Shown: in pieces, positions 27,464-38,000 of the stretch
Position numbering within the stretch: the first letter of the stretch is position 1
How the letters are laid out: every line of letters starts with the position of its first letter
From: Flavobacteriales bacterium
Lineage (GTDB): Bacteria; Bacteroidota; Bacteroidia; Flavobacteriales_D; Sanyastnellaceae
NCBI GenBank assembly: GCA_022428205.1
Contig: JAKMCW010000068.1
Coordinates: 473-64,472, forward strand
Direction of reading: 5' to 3'
Length of the DNA stretch: 64,000 nt
The notes under the pieces: model-generated
Told to the model about the DNA's origin: nothing
Databases searched by the model: none
Seen by the model: only the letters and a program-made list of their open reading frames with translations
Program-made: the position numbers and the translations under genes

Positions 27464-27694
27464 TCACCGTTCCCCCCCTGAAATCAGGACCACGAGATAT
27501 TGACCATCGACCACCACTTCGTCACCGACCAACAATTTTCTGCGGCGGCGAGACTCAGCCTCGCCATTGACCATCACACGGCCCTCATCCACCGTCCATT
27601 TGGCCTCTCCGCCTGTAGCGGAAAGACCCGTGGCCTTGAGCAACTGCAGCAAGTCGATGTACGGCGTGCGCAAGGAGAATTCAATCCGCTCCAC
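27464..27694 (-). CDS. RNA-binding S4 domain protein (YbcJ-like)
   Basis: 76 aa; IDLLQLLKATGLSATGGEAKWTVDEGRVMVNGEAESRRRRKLLVGDEV. GTG start. Confidence 0.7.
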   Translation of the reverse strand: MERIEFSLRTPYIDLLQLLKATGLSATGGEAKWTVDEGRVMVNGEAESRRRRKLLVGDEVVVDGQYLVVLISGGER

Positions 27695-27696
27695 CG

Positions 27697-30147
27697 TTAG
27701 CGCAGGTCGGGATATGCCTGGGGGTCTTCTTCTGCCACCATGGCGTAGGCGCGTTCTACGATGTCTTCTACCGACGGCTTCGAGAAGTAATCACCGTCGC
27801 TGCCGTAGGCTGGCAAATGCGGGGCGGCCGACAAGGTCTGGGGCGCCACATCAAGGTGTTGCCACAAGGCTCCTGACGCCATCGCGCGCTCCATCATGTA
27901 TGCCGTCGCACCACCAGGTACATCTTCATCTACAAACAAAACACGGTGCGTCCGTGCGACGCTTTGACCGATGGTGCCAGTCAAGTCAAAGGGCAGCAAC
28001 GTGCGCACATCGACCAACTCTACTTCCACCCCGAGCTCAGCAAGGCGATCGGCCGCCACTTGACAAAGGTTGAAGGTGCTGCCGTAGGAAACGATGGTCA
28101 AATCACTGCCGGACCGGACCACTTCAGGTTGCCCAAGCGGGATCCGAAAGGCCCCCATGTTTTGGGGCTTGCGCTCTTTGCTGCGGTAACCATTCAAGCA
28201 CTCCACCACCAAGGCGGGCTCGCCGGCTGCCATCAAGGTGTTGTACATACCTGCAGCCTCAGTCATGTTGCGCGGCACGCAAACATGCATGCCCCGCACG
28301 CTGTGAACGATGGCCCCCATGGGACTTCCGGCATGCCATATGCCCTCCAATCGGTGACCCCGCGTGCGCACAATCAAAGGAGCGCGTTGGGCGCCTGCAC
28401 TGCGGTAGTGAACCGTCGCCAGGTCATCCCGCATGATTTGCAGGGCGTAGTAGAGGTAATCGAGGTATTGAATCTCGGCGATCGGACGCAAGCCGCGCAT
28501 CGCAAGGCCGATTCCCTGGCCGATGATGGTGCATTCGCGGATGCCCGTATCGGCAACCCGGTCTTCTCCAAAGGCCTCTTGCATGCCCTCCATCGCCTGA
28601 TTCACCCCGCCGATCCGACCGGTGTCTTCGCCAAAGGTGAGCAGTTCAGGGTGTGCCTCAAACAAGGCCTTGAAGTTGTCGCGGAGGACCATGCGGCCGT
28701 CGACCATCTCATCACTGAACTCAGGCGCCACGGGCTCCACTGCGGTGGCGTCATGGTGCCCCTCGATGTGCAGGCCTCCTCCGAACACTTGAGCACAACG
28801 CTTTTCCTGCACCTCCAACCAACGCAACAACGCCGTGCGCTCAGGACTGGTCTCACCAGCCGATTCATGCAAGGCTTGGCGCACACTTACATGGACATCC
28901 CGGCGGATGGGTTCCGACAGGGCCGACAGGGCATCGGCATGCCCTTCACATCCAGGCACGGCCCGCAGGAGTTCCACTGCCGTGTCCCGCTCGCCGTCCA
29001 AGGTCTCGCGCACCAACTTCCAAGCGGACTTCTGTTCCGCCCTCACCCACTGTTTGGCCTCTGCACGAATGGCTTCGAGCTCAGCTTCAGTGGCTGCGCC
29101 CTCCATTTCCAGGAACCGGCCCAACTGGCGGATGCAATCAAATTCTTGTGCCCAAGCCAGGCGCTCTTCGGTCTTGTACCGCTCGTGCGAACCGCTGGTA
29201 CTGTGCCCCTGCGGCTGGGTGCACTCTTCTACGTGCACGAGCACCGGCACATGCCGCTCACGGCAAATTTTGACCGCGCGCTCGTAGGTGAGCAACAGCG
29301 ATGGATAATCCCAAGCACGCACCTTGAAGATCACGATGCCGCCTCCGGGCAAGTCGGCCTCAGACTCTGCAATCGACACACCTCCATCGCCTGCGCCACC
29401 CGGCTCTGACCCATAGGCCATTCCTGCCAGTGCTTGTGAAATGCTCTCGCGCGCTGTCTGGTACTTTTTGGGGACGGAAATCCCGTAACCGTCGTCCCAC
29501 ACGCTCATGCACAGGGGAACCCCCAGCACGGCAGCGGCGTTCATGGTCTCCCAGAACATGCCTTCTGATGTACTGGCATCACCGATGGTTCCAAAGGCCA
29601 CTTCATTGCCGTCACGCGACAACCGCTTGACCTTGAACCCCTCCTTTTTCATGGCCTTTCCGCGCGAACGGAAATGCTTGCTGGCATGGGCAAGTCCCAA
29701 GAGGCGGGGCATCTGACTGGCCGTGGGTGACAGATCGATGGAGCTATTGGGCTGTTGTGTCAGCGCGAGGAAATCGCCTTGCTCATCCACCATGCGCGAG
29801 CCGAAATGGCCATTCATCTGGCGGCCGGCTGTCATGGGCTCCCGGTCCGGGTGCGTATCGGCGTACAGCTGGGCGAAATATTGCTCTACGCTCATCAACC
29901 CTAAAGCCATCATCAAAGTCTGGTCGCGGTAATAACCGCTGCGGAAGTCCCCATCTCCAAACTGACGGGCCAGGGCCAATTGTGCGACTTCTTTTCCGTC
30001 TCCGAAAATGCCAAACTTGGCTTTGCCGGTCAGAACTTCTTTGCGTCCAAGCAATGACGCCTCTCTGCTGATGCAGGCCAGGCGGTAATCGTTTAAGGCG
30101 ACCTTTCTCAGGTCCTCTCCGGTTTCAAGCGCGAGTGTTTGTCCCAT
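27697..30147 (-). CDS. 2-oxoacid (branched-chain/alpha-keto acid) dehydrogenase E1 component, fused alpha/beta subunits
   Basis: 816 aa. The N-terminal half has a TPP-binding E1-alpha pattern (GDASTSEGMFWETMNAA). The C-terminal half is E1-beta/transketolase-like (FGEDTGRIGGVN...IRECTIIGQGIGLA). Confidence 0.85.
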   Translation of the reverse strand: MGQTLALETGEDLRKVALNDYRLACISREASLLGRKEVLTGKAKFGIFGDGKEVAQLALARQFGDGDFRSGYYRDQTLMMALGLMSVEQYFAQLYADTHPDREPMTAGRQMNGHFGSRMVDEQGDFLALTQQPNSSIDLSPTASQMPRLLGLAHASKHFRSRGKAMKKEGFKVKRLSRDGNEVAFGTIGDASTSEGMFWETMNAAAVLGVPLCMSVWDDGYGISVPKKYQTARESISQALAGMAYGSEPGGAGDGGVSIAESEADLPGGGIVIFKVRAWDYPSLLLTYERAVKICRERHVPVLVHVEECTQPQGHSTSGSHERYKTEERLAWAQEFDCIRQLGRFLEMEGAATEAELEAIRAEAKQWVRAEQKSAWKLVRETLDGERDTAVELLRAVPGCEGHADALSALSEPIRRDVHVSVRQALHESAGETSPERTALLRWLEVQEKRCAQVFGGGLHIEGHHDATAVEPVAPEFSDEMVDGRMVLRDNFKALFEAHPELLTFGEDTGRIGGVNQAMEGMQEAFGEDRVADTGIRECTIIGQGIGLAMRGLRPIAEIQYLDYLYYALQIMRDDLATVHYRSAGAQRAPLIVRTRGHRLEGIWHAGSPMGAIVHSVRGMHVCVPRNMTEAAGMYNTLMAAGEPALVVECLNGYRSKERKPQNMGAFRIPLGQPEVVRSGSDLTIVSYGSTFNLCQVAADRLAELGVEVELVDVRTLLPFDLTGTIGQSVARTHRVLFVDEDVPGGATAYMMERAMASGALWQHLDVAPQTLSAAPHLPAYGSDGDYFSKPSVEDIVERAYAMVAEEDPQAYPDLR

Positions 30148-30189
30148 GGGCGTTAATGGTGCGGCGCGAAGGTACCGCGAAGCCGCAGT

Positions 30190-31188
30190 TCAGGAAATGC
30201 CCCCCGTGATGGCCTTCCACAACAGGTCCTTCAGGCGATCTAGCCCTTCTCCCGTCACCGCACTGAAATAATGGTGCTGGAGGTCAGACAATTCCTGGGA
30301 GACTTCCTCACGCAGTTCGCTGTCCAACACGTCGCACTTGCTGATGGCGAGAACCCGGTCTTTTTTGAGCAAGTCGGGATTGTATTGCTCCAGTTCCCGC
30401 AACAAAATGCGGTAGGCCTCGGCGATGTCGTCGGCGTCACCCGGCACCAAGAAGAGCAGCACGGCATTCCGCTCGATGTGCCGCAAAAAACGCAACCCCA
30501 GCCCCTTCCCTTCGTGCGCCCCTTCGATGATTCCCGGGATATCGGCCATCACGAAACTCCGCTCACCGCGGTAGGCCACCATCCCCAGGTTGGGTCGGAG
30601 GGTCGTAAACGGGTAATCGGCAATTTCCGGCTTGGCGGCACTGACTACACTCAACAACGTCGACTTACCAGCGTTAGGGAAACCCACCAGGCCGACATCG
30701 GCCAGCAACTTGAGCTCCAGAATGCGCCACAACTCCTCACCGTCTTCGCCAGGCTGAGCATAACGCGGGGTCTGGTTCGTAGGAGACTTAAAATGGTCAT
30801 TGCCGAGCCCGCCTCTGCCTCCGGCCACCAAAACCCACTCCTGGCCATCTTCTGTGATTTCACCCACCACTTCTTGGGTGTCGGCGTCTCGAATCACCGT
30901 ACCAATGGGTACGTCCACAAACTCATCTTGGCCATCTGCACCATGGCGCCGATTGGCCCCTCCAGACTCTCCATGCCCCGCCTTGATGTGCTTGCGGTAC
31001 TTGAGGTGAAGCAGGGTCCACATTTGGGCATTGCCCTTCAAGATCACGTGCCCTCCTCGACCGCCATCGCCACCGTCAGGTCCGCCCTTGGAGGTGGTCC
31101 GATCCCGGTGCATGTGGGTACTGCCTGGCCCGCCCTTGCCCGAGCGGCAACAGAGCTTGACATAATCGACAAAATTCTCGCTGGCCAT
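30190..31188 (-). CDS. obg: GTPase ObgE/CgtA
   Basis: [29 protein letters not shown] (Obg fold), [11 protein letters not shown] (G1), DIPGIIEGA (G3). Confidence 0.95.
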   Translation of the reverse strand: MASENFVDYVKLCCRSGKGGPGSTHMHRDRTTSKGGPDGGDGGRGGHVILKGNAQMWTLLHLKYRKHIKAGHGESGGANRRHGADGQDEFVDVPIGTVIRDADTQEVVGEITEDGQEWVLVAGGRGGLGNDHFKSPTNQTPRYAQPGEDGEELWRILELKLLADVGLVGFPNAGKSTLLSVVSAAKPEIADYPFTTLRPNLGMVAYRGERSFVMADIPGIIEGAHEGKGLGLRFLRHIERNAVLLFLVPGDADDIAEAYRILLRELEQYNPDLLKKDRVLAISKCDVLDSELREEVSQELSDLQHHYFSAVTGEGLDRLKDLLWKAITGGIS

Positions 31189-31202
31189 GATGTCGGAGGC
31201 CC

Positions 31203-31778
31203 TTAAGCCAATCCGTCAATGGCAGTGCGCAACCGGTCGAAGATGTCCTCGATGCTGCCCAATCCCTCTACGCCTTGGTACTTCCCTTGGCCGCGATAAT
31301 GCTCAGCAACAGGCGCTGTCTCCGCATTGTAAACGGCAATACGCTTCTGAATCACGGCAGGGTCGGCGTCATCGACGCGCCCACTCGTTTCTGCCCGCTT
31401 GGCCAAGCGAACCTTCAACTCAGCTTCCGGGACTTCCAAAGCCAACATGCCTTGGATGCTGAGCCCTTTTCCTTCCAAGAAAGTGTCGAGGGCTTCAGCC
31501 TGCGCAGTGGTTCTTGGAAAACCGTCAAAAATGAACCCCTTGGCCTCCGGATGGGCATTCACCGAATCCTCCAGCATGCTGATGGTCACGTCATCTGGCA
31601 CCAACTTCCCTTGGTCGAGGTAGGATTTGGCAAGTTTCCCCAACTCCGTCTCTCCTTTGATGTTGGACCGGAAAATGTCACCGGTGGACAAATGGACGAA
31701 GCCGAAGTGGTCTACGAGCAGTGCACTCTGGGTGCCTTTGCCCGCCCCTGGAGGGCCGAATAGGACAATGTTCCGCAT
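31203..31778 (-). CDS. adk: adenylate kinase
   Basis: Start at ATG 31778: [18 protein letters not shown]...HLSTGDIFR...[10 protein letters not shown]. Confidence 0.95.
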   Translation of the reverse strand: MRNIVLFGPPGAGKGTQSALLVDHFGFVHLSTGDIFRSNIKGETELGKLAKSYLDQGKLVPDDVTISMLEDSVNAHPEAKGFIFDGFPRTTAQAEALDTFLEGKGLSIQGMLALEVPEAELKVRLAKRAETSGRVDDADPAVIQKRIAVYNAETAPVAEHYRGQGKYQGVEGLGSIEDIFDRLRTAIDGLA

Positions 31779-31850
31779 GGTGGGCGAAGATAACGTGTGG
31801 GGACTTGGACAAACCCACCCAAGGGCACCAGTACGTCGAGAAGAAATCAA

Positions 31851-32049
31851 CCCTTCGGATCACCGAAAATGAAGCAACGGACCGACCCGGTATAAACGAG
31901 TATAAAATTTGTTCGATAGAAATATAAAATTCGTCGACGAAGCAAAAACGGACACAAAATTCCGCCCGTTCAATTTGCAATTGGAGCCTGTAAACACTGA
32001 AACAACGATCATTTTTGAGTAACCAATTGTTTCTAGCCCCGATCTTGTC
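31851..32049. promoter_or_regulatory. AT-rich divergent intergenic region upstream of the giant adhesin gene (and of adk)
   Basis: The only clearly AT-rich stretch in the window. TATAAA at 31891, and TATAAAATT at 31901-31909 and 31923-31931. No exact Bacteroidota TAnnTTTG -7 box was found, so the promoter position is not assigned. Confidence 0.3.
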
Positions 32050-35000
32050 ATGCTGTCATTTCGCAACCTTATAATTCTACTAACGCTTTCCTTGACCAGT
32101 CCGATTTTCGGTCAGGACCTCGAAGCGTTGCTCTCTACTGAGCCCGCTCAGCTCTCTCCTTCTCAGATTGAGACGCTTGCGGCTTTCACTGTGACCATCG
32201 ACACCATAGCTGAGGATGTTGGTGTACTCAGCGACGTCGACTTGACAGGATACAGCACCTACCGTTTGTACATCACAACGAACTCTGAGCAGGACAAAGT
32301 CTCCAGCATCTACGGCGACTTGGACGAGCCCCTCTCGGTTGAAACGACGGGAGACTTCTTTCAATCCTCTCCAATCGGCGGAGTAACAGCAGAAGGCATC
32401 ATCCCATTGGTCTGGGGTACATATCCATCCAATGAGTTTGACAGCTACGTCACGGTGGGCATTGACGAGGCCCCATCAAATGAAGCAGGAGAGTTGGGCA
32501 TCAATCTTTTGCAATCTGGCAACGACTCATGGGTCACCTATTTCGAACCGGAGGACGATTCCTATGGAGGAGACTTTGAGATTTCAGACTTGACCGGTGG
32601 AGGCTGGTTCGTTTTGCCCAGTGCCACCAATGGCATTGCAGGTCCAGAGAAGAGGGTGCTGATCGCCCAATTCACCACCAATGGCGCGCTTTCTGGCGTC
32701 ATTAACGCCCAAATCTTCTTGGAGGGTGACAACATCAATGGTACGGTTTACTTGACCTTGACCCTGCCCGTTGAAGGCTGCGATGACGAGACAGCCTGCA
32801 ACTATGACGAAGAAGCCACAATCAACGATGGTTCATGTCTGTTTGCCGATGCGCCTTGCGAGAGCTGCTTGAACGGCGAGCTCGTGGACAACGATTTAGA
32901 CGATGACGGCGTCTGTGACGACGTAGACGACTGCGTTGGAACGCTCGACGCCTGTAACGTATGTAATGGACCTGGCGAGATCTACGACTGTGGGTGCGCT
33001 GACATCCCCGCTGGCCAATGCGACTGTGACGGAAACCAAGAAGACGCCCTCGGGGTCTGTGGCGGATCCTGCGCGGCCGATGCCGACAACGATGGCATCT
33101 GTGACGACGTAGACGACTGCGTCGGAACGCTCGACGCTTGTAGCGTCTGTAACGGACCTGGCGAGATCTACGACTGCGGGTGCGCCGACATCCCAGCTGG
33201 CGATTGCGACTGTAACGGAAACCAAGAAGACGCCCTCGGGGTCTGTGGTGGATCCTGCGCAGCCGATGCCGACAACGATGGCATCTGCGACGACGTGGAC
33301 AACTGTACTGACCTCAGCGCGTGCAACTTTGACGGCACTGCTGGAGGAAGCGGCGATTGCGTCACCCTTTCATTGGAGACCTACGTTGTCCACACTTCAG
33401 GCAACCTGAATGGACAGACGACTTACCGCTTGTACGCCGTCCTTCCCAATAGCGATGACTTCCTGTCAGCTGTAAAAGGAGAAGGCCCCACGCCATTGAA
33501 CATCACCACCACCACCAGCTTCTACCAAAACGAATTCGGCGGTGCGGACGGAACCAACATCAACGCACAGCTCTTCGGTTTCGACCCAGAATTGCAATAT
33601 GACAGCTGGGTCACGATCGGACATGCGCCAGAAGACGGTCCCGCTCAAATCAACCTCACCACGGCCACCAGCCCTGGTCAAGACTGGATCAACATCTTCG
33701 AAGGCGGAGGAGACATCGTCATGGACGACACCTTTGGCGGCCTCTGGTCCATCCTCAACGATGGAAACACACAAGGCCTCGCGGGAGACGACAATAAGGT
33801 CCTCATCGCACAATTGACCACCGATGGTAACATCGATGCCCAGATTGAAGTCCAGTACTTCCCCAACTATGGGTGCTGCGCCAACGGCGGAGCCGACGGA
33901 ACCCTGGACCTCAGGAGCCATGTTGACCTCTCCACAGCATGCAATGCCAACAACGACTGTGCTTACACAGACGCTTGCGGTGTATGCGGAGGAGATGGAA
34001 CAGACGAAGACAACGACGGCATCTGTGACGACGTGGACGACTGCGTCGGCGAGCTCGACATCTGTGGCGTCTGCAACGGCAGTGGACCACAGCCCGGCTT
34101 CGACTGCAATGGAGACCCCATTGGGGACGGATGTTCACCATTCTGCCTGAGTCTCGATACTCCACTTGAAGACCAAGTGTTTGATTGCCCAGAAGACCTC
34201 GAATCCGTCTCTTGTCAAACCGACCTGACCGCTTCTAACTTCTGCAACGAAGAACCCGTTGGCGTCAGTTGTTCCTTGGCCTCGCGCCGCCTCTCCGAGA
34301 CGGTCTGCAACGCCACAACCGCCTTGGGTGTGGGCCAAGATGGTGCCCTCGTCCTCTTCGGTATCGAAGGCTACGGTGTAGCATCGACTTATTACGAGCC
34401 CACGGCCGCAGGATTGACCCTGACACAGTATCCCAACAGCAACACCGCTGTTTTGGAAGGTGAAGTACAGGGAACCGCTGACCCCACCGAAAAGTGGTCG
34501 GTCTACATTACCTACGAAAACGCCGTGTCCGGAGCCGATTGGAACGGCGGATTTAAATCTGCCAATGAGTGCACCCCAACTTCCGACATCACAGACTCAT
34601 GGACCATCTACACGATGAAGAATGACCAGAGCTTCTTGATGGGAACCGGTGCACTGGACGGCAGCTTGCTGTTCCTCAACCACGCCCCCATGAATGCTTA
34701 CTTCGGCTTCCAGGTGGGCGAGATGGCCAATGACCGGAACTGCGATTATGGTGCCGGCGGTTGGTTTGCCTGGGAAGGCCAGATCAATGGCCAACCTGTA
34801 GCCGGAGCCAATGGTGACGTACTCGTCAACCTGGAGTGCAGCGAAAACACAGTTGCCCCTTGCGATGAGGAAATCATCTTGACATACTCATTGGTGGATA
34901 CGGCTTGTGCCACTTTGACCAATGTCGAGCAAAGCTTCACCTTCCTCGATGACGTCCCCCCCACCTTTGACAATGCGCCCGCCGATGTGACCCTCAGTTG

Positions 35001-38000
35001 CAACGATCCACTGCCGGCCATTCCGACCTTGACGGCAACGGACAACTGCACAGGAAATCCCTCACCAGTGGTCATTTTCAACGGTGAAGCGGAGACGTCA
35101 TACACGGCCGATGGCTGCCGCACCTTGGAGCGGAGCTGGCTGGCTACGGATGCGTGCAACAACACAAGCACCCATACGCAGACCATCACGATTGAAGACC
35201 TCGATGCGCCGGTCATCACCATGACCTGCCCTGCCGACGCCGCCCTGTTTAGCGATGCCGATTGCAACGCCGAGACAGGTATAGATGCGCTCGGAAGCCC
35301 GACCGTTACAGCGACGGACAACTGCACGGCAGACCCCGGAATTGAGCTTACTCATGAAGATGGAGCGACCACCAGCACCTGTGAAGGCCAGCTGACCTTC
35401 ACACGGACATGGACGGCCACCGCCACGGACGATTGCGGCAACACCGCGATTCAGACATGCGCGCAGTCCATTTCTATTCAGGACCTCATCGCACCGACCA
35501 TCGCAGGTGACACCATCGTCACGATGTCATGCGACGCCTATGACGAGGCTACCCTGTATGCCATCTCGGCAACGGACAATTGCAGCACTGCGAGCATCTC
35601 CGTTCTGTCCAACAGCGCCTTTAGTGGAGCCTGTGCAGGAACCGTCTTGCGCACCTATGAAGCCACAGACGACTGCGGCAACAGCTCCACATTTGAACAG
35701 GTCATTAACCTCACGGACGACGTCGCACCTGCCGTTACCATCGCATGCCCAGCAGGCGCTACGCTTGCGGCAGGACCTGATTGCACGGCCGACCTCTCCG
35801 TTGAGACCCTGGGCACTGCAACCGCCACTGCCACAGACAACTGCGATACGGCACCTGAAGTCGAAATCAGCCATACAGATGTCTTGATCGACCTGTGTGC
35901 TGGCAGCCAAAGATTGGAGCGGACCTGGACGGCCACTGCAACCGACCACTGCGACAATGTGTCCACAACCAGCTGTCTTCAGGTAGTCCTCATTGAAGAT
36001 GTCACACCACCAAGTTTGACCTTGGCCTGCCCTGACGACGCTGCGTTGGAAGTGGACGACATGTGCACCGCATCCACACTGCCAGAAGTGACGGGAACCC
36101 CCACCTTCGAAACATCCGACAATTGCGGTGGCAGTGTCGCGGTATCGCTGAGCCATACCGACAGCGACACCATTCCGGGCTGTGGCAACACCTTCTCATT
36201 TACCCGAACCTGGACAGCTGTGGCCACGGACGATTGCGGCAATGCTGCAACGGCCACCTGCGCCCAAAACATCGCTTTGACCGACGTCACAGCTCCTGAT
36301 TTCGGGGACGCGGCGATTTCCGTCAGCGCACCATGTGATCAATTGCTCGATCCAGAGGACCCCACCCTCGTGCCAGTTGAAGCCACGGACAATTGCTCCG
36401 AGGTGACCTACAGCATCGCCGCTACGGAACTTTCAGGCGGCTGCCCAGGCACATGGGAACGCGTCTGGACCGCCACTGATGCCTGCAACAACAGCAGCAG
36501 CTTTACCCAGTACGTGGCGCTCTTCGACACCATCGCTCCAGCGATCACTTGTCCTTTGGATACCGTCCTCTACCTCGACGCCAACTGCGAGGCAGCCCTC
36601 TCTACGGCGCTGCTGGGTATGGCTTCAGCAGATGACAATTGCTCCTCGGCAGATGAAATCGCCATCTCCTTTGCCGATGGCGCCGCCAGCCTCAGCTGCA
36701 CGGGCGATGACGAGAATCCCGAGGGAAGCCGGACCATCGTCCGCACCTTCACCGCGACTGACTTCTGTGACAATGTGACCGCCTGTTCGCAGACGATCAC
36801 CCTCCTGGACACCATCGCCCCACAGGGCAGCGTATCCAATGAAACCGTCGCCTGCGCTGAATTCGACAGCATGGTTGAATACGGAACAGCTTCCGCTACG
36901 GACAACTGCGACAGCGAGGTGGCGTACTCCTGGGTTGAGGATGGCATCATCAGCACCCTGTGCGAGAACAGCTATGAGGTTCAGCGGACATACACCTTCG
37001 TGGACGACTGTGGCAACAGCAGCACGGCCATCCAAGTCTTGACTGTGGTGGACGACACCGCGCCTGTGGTCATTGGAGACATGCACGCCAGCTTGGCATG
37101 CGACGCCTATGGAGATGATCCTGAAGACCCCGCCAACATCCTCATCACAGCCACCGACGATTGCGGAGAGGTGAGCATCACCTTTATGGACTTGCCGTTC
37201 AGTGGTGGTTGCGTCATGCCGTTCTCCACGTTGATGCGCCAGTACAATGTCAGCGATGACTGCGGCAACACCACGGTGTTCCTTCAGTTCATCGATCTGA
37301 TCGACACGGTCGGGCCGGTCATCACCCTCGATGCCCCCGCTCCTGTCCAACTGTTCTCAGACGCCGATTGCATGTTCAATGCCGACACGAGCATCACGGG
37401 CGTGCCCGGCATCACAGCCTTCGACAACTGCAGTCCTGACGTCACATTGACCATGACAATGGAAGACGGACCGCTCGACACGCTTTGTGCTGGGTCCTAC
37501 GTCTTCACCCGCACCTTCACTGTGACTGGAGAAGACTACTGTGACAATGCGACCGTGGCATCCAGCACCCAAGAGATCACCATTACGGACAACACGGCCC
37601 CCGTGCTGACCTGCCCCGCCGACCTGACGGTGGAGTGCGACGGTGCCGGCAACGCCACAGCACTCGCCAACTGGCTGGCTTCCGCTAGTGCTCTGGACAA
37701 TTGCAGCGAGGCGACCATCACCAACGACTTTGTGGGATTGTCCGACGGGTGCGGCGCCACAGGTGCTGCCACAGTGACCTTCACCGCTATGGACGATTGC
37801 GGCAATGCGAGCCAGTGCAGCGCCACCTTCACCATCACGGACAGCACAGCACCTGTCGTTAGCCCTGCGGCCGACTTGACCGTCCAATGCGACGGTGCAG
37901 GCAACACGGCTGACCTCGAAGCTTGGCTGTTGGCCAACGGCGAAGCGACTGCACAAGAGTCCTGCTCTGACGCCACCTGGTCCAACGACTTCTCAGCACT

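Noticed and set aside
27946-29409. 487-aa + strand ORF, with similar long antisense ORFs at 23201..24451, 25053..26486, 61152..62633, 63054..63893 and 17105..17953
   Set aside because: Each lies wholly inside, and antisense to, a gene with clear family motifs (E1 dehydrogenase, hydrolase-like protein, TonB receptor, adhesin, valS). None has recognisable motifs. They are stop-poor frames caused by GC-rich codon usage.
32899-33310. Possible CRISPR-like or non-coding tandem repeat (also 42275..42574)
   Set aside because: The units are directly adjacent without spacers, have lengths that are multiples of three, and stay in frame inside long ORFs encoding Cys/Asp-rich modules. No cas genes are present.
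34956-34962. C7 homopolymers (also 40154..40160 in the same gene and 27472..27478 in the S4 gene) as phase-variation tracts
   Set aside because: The tracts are short. Two of them simply encode the Pro-Pro of the recurrent [VL]PP[TQ]F repeat boundary. There is no evidence of alternative frames restoring an ORF.
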